Shown here piece by piece: positions 20,038-28,348 of a stretch of 64,000 nt of DNA. Source of the DNA: Vulcanimicrobiota bacterium (lineage in GTDB: Bacteria; Vulcanimicrobiota; Vulcanimicrobiia; Vulcanimicrobiales; Vulcanimicrobiaceae). Location: assembly GCA_963795855.1 (NCBI GenBank), contig CAWCIZ010000003.1:32001-96000 (forward strand), given 5' to 3'. The position numbers and the translations under genes are program-made. The notes beneath the pieces were generated by a model that was given only the letters and a program-made list of their open reading frames with translations, was not told the DNA's origin and ran no database searches. The first letter of the stretch is position 1; the number at the start of each line of letters is the position of its first letter.

Positions 20038-20865
20038 ATGATCAGCCAAGACATCTCCATTTCGGTCGATGGTTCCAGCATGCCCGGATATCTTGCGTGC
20101 CCGGAAGAGGGCTCGGGGCAGCATCCGGCGGTCATCGTGCTGCAAGAGGTGTTCGGTCTGACGCCCGAGACCAAGCGGATCACCGACTTGCTCGCAAGCA
20201 TCGGCTACGTGGGCTTGGCGATTAATTATTACCATCGCATCGATCCGCAGATGAGCGAACCGTACACCGACGAGGGGAATAAGCGCTCATTCGAAGTCGC
20301 GGCGTCGGTCACGGCCGAGAACCTTTCCGCCGACGTGCGCGCAGCCGTCGAATGGCTGAACGGCCAGCCGTTCGTCAAACGCGGAAAGATTGCGACGTGG
20401 GGATTCGGTTTCGGCGCAACGGCGGGCTTCCTCACCGCAGACCTTCGCGAACTGAGCGGAGCGATTCTGTTTTATCCCGGCGAGCTCACCGGCATGCCGG
20501 GCGGCGGCGAACCGCCTTTGGAACGCGCGGCGCAAGTCAACGTTCCGCTGCTGATCATCTTCGGCGAACAGGACTACTTCGTTTCACGCTACGACATGGA
20601 CCGCATCCAGCAGGCGCTCGATGACGCGAACAAGGACGCGCGCATGCAGATCTATCCGGGCGTCGGTCACTCATTTTTCCGTCACGGCCGCCCGCAAGCG
20701 ATCTCGGAATTGCAGCGCTACTCGGACGAGTCGGTCGCGCACGCCGTGGCCGATTCATGGGATTTGGTCAAAGCATTTCTCATCAAGATCTTCAACCGTT
20801 CAACGCAGCGCGCAGGCGAGATCGGCGATATCCGTACGCAGCGTACACAATCAGCCCGAGCGTAA
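20038..20865 (+). CDS. Dienelactone hydrolase family protein (nucleophile Cys apparently replaced by Gly)
   Basis: VIVLQEVFG, WGFGFG, GEQD, YPGVGHSF; GGAGG RBS. Confidence 0.85.
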   Translation: MISQDISISVDGSSMPGYLACPEEGSGQHPAVIVLQEVFGLTPETKRITDLLASIGYVGLAINYYHRIDPQMSEPYTDEGNKRSFEVAASVTAENLSADVRAAVEWLNGQPFVKRGKIATWGFGFGATAGFLTADLRELSGAILFYPGELTGMPGGGEPPLERAAQVNVPLLIIFGEQDYFVSRYDMDRIQQALDDANKDARMQIYPGVGHSFFRHGRPQAISELQRYSDESVAHAVADSWDLVKAFLIKIFNRSTQRAGEIGDIRTQRTQSARA

Positions 20866-22222
20866 ACCACACCAGAAACCGGATCCACGTCGCAGCACTC
20901 AATCCGTACGCGATCAAATACAAACATCCGCCGGCGCCCAAAATCGTAAAGACGAGCGCGAGCGGAGCGCGGAAAGGCCGCTTCGCGCCGGGCTGAACCA
21001 CGCGCAGCACCAACACGCCCAAGCAGACGATAGCGAACGCCGAAAGCGTCCCGATGTTCACGAAATTCAGCAGGTCCGTTAGGGGCAGCACCGCCGCCAG
21101 CACCGCAACGATCGCGCCCGTGACGAACGTCATACGCGCAGGCGTGCGAAACCGCGGATGCACGCGCGCGACGCCCGGGGGCAACATGCGGTCGCGAGCC
21201 ATGACGTAAAAGATGCGGATTTGTCCGAGCAGCGAGGTGAGCATCACCGTGGTGTTCCCCGCAATGCCTCCCAGTCCGACGACCCAGTACACGAAGCGGG
21301 AAGCATGCGCGCCTTGCACCGCGTCGAGCATTGCTGCGCCGCCGCTCAGCCGTGCGAACGGCATCACCGCAACCGTGACGAACGCAAGCGCGCAGTACAG
21401 CACACCGCCTAGCCCGAGTGAAAGCAGAATGCCGATCGGCACGTCGCGCACCGGATTGCGCGCTTCCTCCGATGCGACCGTCACCGTGTCGAACCCGATA
21501 TAAGCGTAGAAGACGAGCGCGGTACCGGCGACGACCCCGTGCCAGCCGTGCGGTGCGAGCGGCTGCATATTCGCGCCGTGCACGGCGCCTGCGAGCGCCG
21601 CAAAAAACACGATCATCGTGACGATCTGGAAGATAACGAGCGCGCCGTTCGCGCGCGCCGATTCGCGAATGCCTACCGCAACGAGCGCGGTCACTCCGAG
21701 CGTGATGAGTCCCGCGATGACGTCGAGTTGCGGATGATATTGCACGAACGGCCACGTTCCCGTGGTCGTGTACGTCGCCGACTGCGTCCACGCCGGTAAC
21801 TTCACGCCGGCGTTTGCAAGCAGCAACTGCAAGAATGCTGACCAGGACGACGCGGTCGGCGCGACTGAAAGTCCGTACTCGAGAATCAGATCCCACCCGA
21901 TGATCCAGGCGACGAATTCGCCCAGCGTCGCGTACGCGTACGTGTACGCGCTTCCCGCGACCGGAACCATCGACGCGAATTCGGCATAGCATAACGCGAC
22001 GCAAACGCAGACGAGCCCCGATAACCCGAACGAGAGCACGACTGCGGGGCCGGCTGCGTGCGCACCCGCGCCGATCGTCGGAAAAATGCCGCCGAGCATC
22101 GTGCCCAGGCCAATCGCGGTCAATGCGGGCCAACCCAACGCGCGGCGCAGCGTCGGGCCTTCGCCGGTCTCGGGCAACGTCCACGCGAGCGGCTGCCGCG
22201 CGAGCAGCCGCCGCAAGATCAT
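20792..22222 (-). CDS. APC amino acid permease
   Basis: GSAYTYAYATLGE, WIIGWDLILEY, YIGFD, EEARNP, MARD. Confidence 0.92.
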   Translation of the reverse strand: MILRRLLARQPLAWTLPETGEGPTLRRALGWPALTAIGLGTMLGGIFPTIGAGAHAAGPAVVLSFGLSGLVCVCVALCYAEFASMVPVAGSAYTYAYATLGEFVAWIIGWDLILEYGLSVAPTASSWSAFLQLLLANAGVKLPAWTQSATYTTTGTWPFVQYHPQLDVIAGLITLGVTALVAVGIRESARANGALVIFQIVTMIVFFAALAGAVHGANMQPLAPHGWHGVVAGTALVFYAYIGFDTVTVASEEARNPVRDVPIGILLSLGLGGVLYCALAFVTVAVMPFARLSGGAAMLDAVQGAHASRFVYWVVGLGGIAGNTTVMLTSLLGQIRIFYVMARDRMLPPGVARVHPRFRTPARMTFVTGAIVAVLAAVLPLTDLLNFVNIGTLSAFAIVCLGVLVLRVVQPGAKRPFRAPLALVFTILGAGGCLYLIAYGLSAATWIRFLVWFTLGLIVYAAYGYRRSRLRAALNG

Positions 22223-22701
22223 CCGACGGGGCAGAGTGAATGAATCGCCGCTTCGGCTCGTGAGTCCGCCGGCAAATTCACGGGACGGATGTACATCGCC
22301 ACGTAACGATCGCCTTTCACGATCGTGGACGTCATTTCGATCTGCGATCGTTTTCCGTCGCTGCTGGTTCCTTGTGCGACGACTTGCTGCGCCGCCTGCG
22401 TTCCGCAGAGCGTCACCGGCCCGTGCTGCAGCACGCGCACGTTTTTGCTGTACTGCGGCGGCAAATCGTCCAGACCCGTGCGCGTGTCGTTCGGGTTACC
22501 CTTGACGAGCATCAGCATCTGCGGCGCCTGACCTTTTTGCGCGCTGCCTTTGATCCACATTTGAAGATGTCCGAACATCGCCGGCGTTCCCGCCCATCCG
22601 GAGGGCGGCTGAAAGGCGATTCCGGACGTGACGCTCCCGCAGCCGGCCAGCGCAGCCGAAATGCAAAGCGCCACGATTGGTAAACGAACTCGTGCCTTCA
22701 T
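22219..22701 (-). CDS. Hypothetical lipoprotein
   Basis: Lipobox LAGC; ATGA overlap with the SLT gene. Confidence 0.7.
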   Translation of the reverse strand: MKARVRLPIVALCISAALAGCGSVTSGIAFQPPSGWAGTPAMFGHLQMWIKGSAQKGQAPQMLMLVKGNPNDTRTGLDDLPPQYSKNVRVLQHGPVTLCGTQAAQQVVAQGTSSDGKRSQIEMTSTIVKGDRYVAMYIRPVNLPADSRAEAAIHSLCPVG

Positions 22702-23340
22702 GCTCGGCTGCTTCGGCGTTCGTAGCCGGCAATCTTCGCCCAGCGGTCGACGATGTCGTTGATGTACTCGCGCGTTTCCGCATACGGCGGAATGCCGTGA
22801 TACTCGTCCACCGCGCCGGGCCCGGCATTGTATGCCGCGAGCGCGGCGGCGTACGGGTTGGAAAAACGGCCGTCGTATGCGCGTACGTATTGCGGCGAGC
22901 AGTTGCGCGGCGCCGCCAATCGCGTCGAACGGATCGAACGGGTCGACCCCGATTCCCTCCGCCGTGGAAGGCATGAATTGCGCGATTCCGACCGCGCCCG
23001 CGGACGAGATTGCCTGCGGATCGAACGCGGATTCTTGCAGGAGCGTCGCCGCGAGAAACTCCGGCGGCAAACCTTGCCGCTGCGCGGCACGTACCGTGGC
23101 GTCGGCAAGTCTAAGCGCGTCCATCGGCCCGATTCGCGGATTCGTGCGCAGCACGGCACGCGTGACCGCAAGCGCAGGATTCTGCACGGGCGGACCGTCG
23201 TAGAGCAAACGCGCACCGAACAGCATGTTCGCGTACGCGGGCGCATGCCAGCTCAGGGCGTCGTCGACCACGACGGGTATGTACACCGTGGCATTCCGCG
23301 ATTGTTCGGAAACCGGCGGTGAACACGCCGCGACGCCCAC
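22698..23340 (-). CDS. Lytic transglycosylase (SLT domain), frameshift near 22890; start uncertain
   Basis: [23 protein letters not shown], then [23 protein letters not shown] in another frame. Confidence 0.85.
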
Positions 23341-23360
23341 GCAAAGGATCGAAAGTACTA

Positions 23361-23870
23361 ATGCTCGTGATCGCAGCGCTCGCAGTCCTCGTCGTCGGCG
23401 ATTTGGGATCAACGTTCTTCTACCACGTGCCGCAGCACCTATGGTTCACCCTTCACCTGCGCACGCATCACGATCGCCGCCGCTCGTACGCCGACCATGC
23501 CGTGCTCTCGCTCGATCCGTGGGTGCTGCTCGACGGTCTGCTCGGCGCCTTGCCGTACGTCCTAATCGCGGCGCTGGTTTGGCGGGTCTCGCCGGCCGGG
23601 GCGCTCGCCGGACTTGCATTCGGCCAGTTGCACGTCTGGTGGCGGCACACGACGGAGCTCGGCTGGAAAACGCCCGCCCGCTTGCGAGAAGCCGCAGAAC
23701 TTCTCGGCATCGTGCTGCCCGAGGACCACGACCGCCACCACCGAAACCCCGCGCTAGAGTTCGGCGACATCTTCCGCTTCTACGACGCCCCGGCCCGGGC
23801 ACTCATCGCCGCACTTGCCTCGACCAGCCGGGGAGCGCGGAACGCTACGAAGAGGATGCAAAGCAGTTGA
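23361..23870 (+). CDS. Fatty-acid hydroxylase/sterol desaturase-like His-box membrane protein
   Basis: HVPQH, HLRTHH, HVWWRH, HDRHH with hydrophobic segments. Confidence 0.75.
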   Translation: MLVIAALAVLVVGDLGSTFFYHVPQHLWFTLHLRTHHDRRRSYADHAVLSLDPWVLLDGLLGALPYVLIAALVWRVSPAGALAGLAFGQLHVWWRHTTELGWKTPARLREAAELLGIVLPEDHDRHHRNPALEFGDIFRFYDAPARALIAALASTSRGARNATKRMQSS

Positions 23871-25057
23871 CCAAACGGGCGCTTTTTCTGATCTCCGACA
23901 CCGGAGGCGGACATCGAAGCGCGGCAAACGCCATTACGGCGGCACTCGACGAAATCACCGTGCCGAACTCGTTCGAACATCGCGTCGACGACGTCGCCGC
24001 GCATTGCTCGTTCCCGCTCACCCAACTCGGCTGGGGCTACTCGACTGCTTTGCGATATGCGCCGCCGGTGTACGGGGCGCTTTATTATGCGACGAACGGG
24101 CGGCGCCGGTACAAAGCGCTCGTGCGATTTTGCGAGCCGCTCTACCGCGAGCGCTTGCGCGATCTGTTCATGACCTATCGGCCCGACGTCATCGTTTCCG
24201 TGCATCCGCTGCTCAACCACGCCGCCTTACGGGCGCGAGCCGACGCACACATGCAGTACATCCCGATCGTGACGGTCATCACCGATCTCGGCAAAGTGCA
24301 CGAATCGTGGCTGATGCCGGAGGCCGATGCAGTCGTCGTTCCGGCGCGCGAGGTTTACGAGCGCGCGCTCTCGCGCGGAGTCAATCGATCGCGTTTGCGC
24401 ATGCTGGGACAGCCGATCCATCCGCAATTCGACGACGTCGTCGGCACGAAGGAGCAGCTGCGCGATCAACTTCGTTTGCCGCGGCGCGATTTCGTGACGC
24501 TGCTGATGGCCGGGGGAGAAGGCGGCGGAAAACTCATGCCTACGACGCTCGCGCTCGCGAAAGCCCGGCTGCCGATGCATCTGGTCGTCGTTTGCGGCCG
24601 CAACGAAACGCTTCGCTCGAAACTCGAGGATCTCGCGCCGTCGCTTCCGACGCCGATGACCATCATGGGTTTCACGAACAAGATTCCCGAGCTCATGCGA
24701 GCGGCGGATCTCCTCGTTACGAAGGCGGGACCCGGCACCCTGGCGGAGGCCAATGCCGCGCAACTGCCGGTCGTCGTGTACGACTACGTTCCGGGTCAAG
24801 AACGCGGCAACGTCGAGTTCGTTCGGCACAACGGCATCGGCGAGGTCGCGATCAACAGCACCGCCGAAGTGGTGCGCTCCGTCGAACGGCTCGTGAGAAA
24901 TCCGCAACGCATGGCGGTCATGCGGCACAATCAGGAACTAATCGCGCCCAAACGCAGTTCGCGCCGAATCGCCGCCTTGATCGCGTCGATGGCGAACACC
25001 CGGACGATCCCCGCGGACGACGAGTACGTTCGCATGCGCGAGGCGATTCCGGTTTAG
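23867..25057 (+). CDS. MGDG synthase/UgtP-like GT28 glycosyltransferase
   Basis: ISDTGGGHRSAA, SVHP, TVITD, GGEG, VVCGRN, TKAGPGTLAEA, PGQERGN. Confidence 0.9.
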   Translation: MTKRALFLISDTGGGHRSAANAITAALDEITVPNSFEHRVDDVAAHCSFPLTQLGWGYSTALRYAPPVYGALYYATNGRRRYKALVRFCEPLYRERLRDLFMTYRPDVIVSVHPLLNHAALRARADAHMQYIPIVTVITDLGKVHESWLMPEADAVVVPAREVYERALSRGVNRSRLRMLGQPIHPQFDDVVGTKEQLRDQLRLPRRDFVTLLMAGGEGGGKLMPTTLALAKARLPMHLVVVCGRNETLRSKLEDLAPSLPTPMTIMGFTNKIPELMRAADLLVTKAGPGTLAEANAAQLPVVVYDYVPGQERGNVEFVRHNGIGEVAINSTAEVVRSVERLVRNPQRMAVMRHNQELIAPKRSSRRIAALIASMANTRTIPADDEYVRMREAIPV

Positions 25058-25132
25058 AGCAGCCCCCGCAAGCGACGCTCAACGCTGTTGGCAAGCCTGC
25101 TGCGCAGCGCGAGCGGTTCGTCGGAGTAGCCC

Positions 25133-25570
25133 TTACTTCAATTTGTCGTAGACGTACACGGCAACGTCGTGCAAATCGCGCGGCGACATTTGCCAGCGCG
25201 GCATCACCGGATCCAGTTTCTTGCCTTCGTTGTCGATGCCGGTAGAAATTGCACGCTCCAGCAATGCGACGGTATAGGGGTGTTTTTGTTGGGTGACGAG
25301 CGCAGAATGGCGCAAGTCCGCGCTGCTTACGCCGCTCTGAAAACGCATGCCGCCCGAACCGTCGCCGCGATGGCATCGTACGCACGACGAATGCATTGGC
25401 GGCGGCGAGGCGGTGATGCTGGTACCTCGCAGATCGCGGCCGGTCGTGAAGATTGCGCGGCCGTTCGCATAAGGGTCGGAAGCCGGCGCGGTATGCCGCC
25501 GCTCGGTAATGCCGCCGTGCGAGGCGCACCCCGTTGCAGCTAGAGCGAGGGCAAAGAGCAGAAAACGCAT
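25133..25570 (-). CDS. Monoheme cytochrome c lipoprotein
   Basis: Lipobox ATGC, CVRCH, distal MP. Confidence 0.85.
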   Translation of the reverse strand: MRFLLFALALAATGCASHGGITERRHTAPASDPYANGRAIFTTGRDLRGTSITASPPPMHSSCVRCHRGDGSGGMRFQSGVSSADLRHSALVTQQKHPYTVALLERAISTGIDNEGKKLDPVMPRWQMSPRDLHDVAVYVYDKLK

Positions 25571-25781
25571 GCTTTCGTTGTTACCGCAACGGCTCGCGGC
25601 TTACCGCCAAAAAAGCAAGCATGCGGCAGGTGCGACGAGGATGCAATTCAGTTTTTTGGCCCCTGCTTCGTTCGTTTCCGTCAAGACGTGCTTAGTAATA
25701 TCTGCTATTCTAGTAGTCCGAAGTTGACTGCCCTTAGGCGTCACGGCCGTTCGTCCATTTCCATCGCCGGGAGTACGCACC

Positions 25782-26021
25782 ATGACTCCGATAGACACCG
25801 TTTGGAACCGTATGAAAGCTTGCGCCGCCGATTGCGTATCAAGAGGCGAGCGCCCTGGACGGTTCCGTGCCGAAGCGATTGTCATTCGCTATATGCACGA
25901 AGAGCGGGTCTCGCCGTGGCCGCCGCCGGAGGTCATCCACTTCTTCGGCAGCGAGCTGCTCGGCATGATCGATCGTGCGCGCGAGCGTGAAGCAGATCCG
26001 TCGCAAGCCAAAATCATGTAA
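25782..26021 (+). CDS. Small hypothetical protein
   Basis: GGGAG RBS; no recognisable motif. Confidence 0.5.
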   Translation: MTPIDTVWNRMKACAADCVSRGERPGRFRAEAIVIRYMHEERVSPWPPPEVIHFFGSELLGMIDRAREREADPSQAKIM

Positions 26022-26116
26022 CGTGACGCGCGATTCCGCGCGCTTTCAAGAATTCTTCATTCTCAGCCGCTACGGTCTGTGTCGACCTCTCACTTCGACA
26101 CAGGAGACCTTACCCA

Positions 26117-26578
26117 ATGGACAATCGATTCTCGGTACTGGCACTTGCCGGTATCCTCAGCCTTGCTGCGTGCGGCGGCGGAAGCACGGGCACGGGCACG
26201 GGCGGCTACACGCCCCCCACGGGGGGCACGCCGGCGCCAACGTCGAGCCCTGCAGCGCCCGCATCCGCGCCACTGCAAGAAATGGTCGCTGGAGCGCTCG
26301 CGTTCGTTGATCCCGCGAATCATCACACACTCTACTTCGTCGACGGCGACGCGCCGCCCGGAACCGGATGCAACGGTTCGTGCACCGCGGAGTGGCCGGT
26401 TCTTACGCCCGCATCCAGCGCGCAGGCGCAAGGCAATCTCGTTATCGTCACGCGCATTGACGGTGCGCAACAGTGGTCGTTCAACGGTCACGCGCTGTAC
26501 GAGTTCGCCGGCGATTCGGGAGCCGACCAATCCAACGGCGTGTACGGTCCTTGGCATATCGCTCGTCCGAGCGTATGA
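26117..26578 (+). CDS. Lipoprotein with Yx(FWY)xxD (Lipoprotein_15-type) repeats
   Basis: Lipobox LAAC; TLYFVDGD, CNGSCTAEWP, GHALYEFAGD. Confidence 0.85.
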   Translation: MDNRFSVLALAGILSLAACGGGSTGTGTGGYTPPTGGTPAPTSSPAAPASAPLQEMVAGALAFVDPANHHTLYFVDGDAPPGTGCNGSCTAEWPVLTPASSAQAQGNLVIVTRIDGAQQWSFNGHALYEFAGDSGADQSNGVYGPWHIARPSV

Positions 26579-26593
26579 ATCGCGCGCGGCGGC

Positions 26594-27561
26594 TTAGCGG
26601 CGGACGTATCCCGTCGTCAGGCCGCCGCGAAAGGCCATCGTCGCCGCGCCCACTTGTCCGGCGTCGTTTCCGAGTTTTGCGATAACGAGTTTGGTCGTGC
26701 CTTTGGGCACCATAGTGGTCAGCGCATCGACGCGCTGCCGAATCGCGTCGAGCATGAAATCTCCGGCGGTGCTCACGCCGCCGCCGAGCGCGATGATTTC
26801 GGGGTTCACGAACGTCACGACGTTCGCGAGCCCGAGCGCCAAATCGGCGGTGAAGTTTTTCCATGCCGCAAGCGCGTGCGCGTCGCCGGCTTGCGCGCCG
26901 CGGCGGATGGCTTTCGATCCGAGTTTGTCCGGACTTCGCGCGAGCAGCGTGCTGCGCGGAAACGACGGCGCGACGGCCATCGCGTGCCGCAGCAATCCGG
27001 TTCCTGAAGCCTGCGCTTCGAAACAGCCCGTTTTTCCGCAGCCGCAGATGAAACCGTCGGTGGGACGGATTTGATGATGGCCGATTTCGCCGGCGCCCGC
27101 GCGATTGCCGATGAGCAACTCGCCGCCGGAAACGATGCCGCCGCCGATGCCCGTGCCGAGCGTGAGCAGCACGAAATCCTTCGCGCCTTTGCCGGTGCCG
27201 AAGGTGTACTCGCCGAGCGTTGCGCAACGCGCGTCGTTCGCCACAAAGACCTGCAGTTTGCCAAAGCGCCTGCGCAGTCTTCGCCGAGCGGGGCGTCGTC
27301 CCACAAAAAATTGGGTGAGTAGAGTACTGCGCCGCTGGACGGATCGATGTTGCCGGGCGAACCGATTCCGATGCCGACGAGATCCTTGTCCTTGTGCTCT
27401 TTGAGTGCGGCCCCGACGACTTCTTCGATGCATGCGACGACCGCGGCGAAGGCGCGATCCGTGACGTCCATCTCGTGCTGGCTGAGGATCTTGCCGTCTT
27501 CTTGAACGACGCCTGCCGTAACGTGCGAACCGCCGAGGTCTACGCCGATAGCCTTACGCAC
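26594..27561 (-). CDS. ROK family sugar kinase (glucokinase-like), frameshift near 27270
   Basis: GVDLGGS, GIGSPG, NDARCA, TLGTGIGGG, GEIGH, CGCGKTGCFE. Confidence 0.9.
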
Positions 27562-27618
27562 TCTTGCTCTTTCCTCCCGGGGGCTGTTTCTTGATCAGCG
27601 TCGAAGCCCCTATGCGAC

Positions 27619-28290
27619 ATGGAAACGATCGACCTGATTCAACTGCGCAACTTCACGCGCGAAACCGCCCAGCCCACGCATCCGGAATTGCTCGATGCGC
27701 GCCCTATCGAGCGCGTGAAGAAAATCGAGATTGACGAAGAGCACATCACGCTCACGTACAACCAGAAGACGACGCATTATTATAACGCGAACGAAGTCGT
27801 GCAGAGCGAATGGGAATACAAATACAACGACGATCCGGAAATGGTCGCCGCGATCGCGAAAGTGATCGATCTCGCGCGCAAACACCACAAAGACATGCCG
27901 GAGAACGTCGCGTGCCCGCCGGGTTGCGCGGAATGCTGCAGCGGATACGAGCCGTTCGTCAGCCGCGACGATTTGGATCGCATGGCGAAGTTTCTTCAGA
28001 TGTCGCCGCGTGAAGTGCTGGACGAGTACGTCGTCAAGCGCAAATCCGCCGACGGCTACTATCTGGGCTGGGTACGCAAAGTCACGGACGACGTCGCAGA
28101 CAAATGCGTGTTCTTGAAAGAATCTCGACCAGGACGTTACTACTGCGGCATCTACGAAGCGCGCCCTGGTGATTGCCGCGACTTCACGCCGATCGGCTGC
28201 CAAGACGTGAACGAAGACCTGCCGCGCGACAAATCGATCAAGATCGGCGGCCCGTTCCAGCCGCGTCACGCACGAGGACGCAAGCGCTGA
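27619..28290 (+). CDS. YkgJ-family cysteine-cluster (CxxxCxxCC) protein
   Basis: CPPGCAECC, CVFL, CGIYEARPGDCRDF. Confidence 0.85.
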   Translation: METIDLIQLRNFTRETAQPTHPELLDARPIERVKKIEIDEEHITLTYNQKTTHYYNANEVVQSEWEYKYNDDPEMVAAIAKVIDLARKHHKDMPENVACPPGCAECCSGYEPFVSRDDLDRMAKFLQMSPREVLDEYVVKRKSADGYYLGWVRKVTDDVADKCVFLKESRPGRYYCGIYEARPGDCRDFTPIGCQDVNEDLPRDKSIKIGGPFQPRHARGRKR

Positions 28291-28348
28291 TCGCATAGCG
28301 CGAGCCGGCGCAAGGTGCGGCGCACGTTCGCACGCGAAATCCGGCTCC

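Noticed and set aside
22219..23412. SLT-lipoprotein fusion ORF
   Set aside because: The SLT C-terminal motifs are in another frame ending at 22698, and the lipoprotein has its own signal peptide.
25715..25775. c-di-GMP-I (GEMM) riboswitch-like words on the minus strand (GGAAATGGACGAACGGCCGTGACGCCTAAGG) upstream of cytochrome c
   Set aside because: No GGCAAAC or GCAAAGC core and no pairing around the GAAA; needs an Infernal search to be considered.
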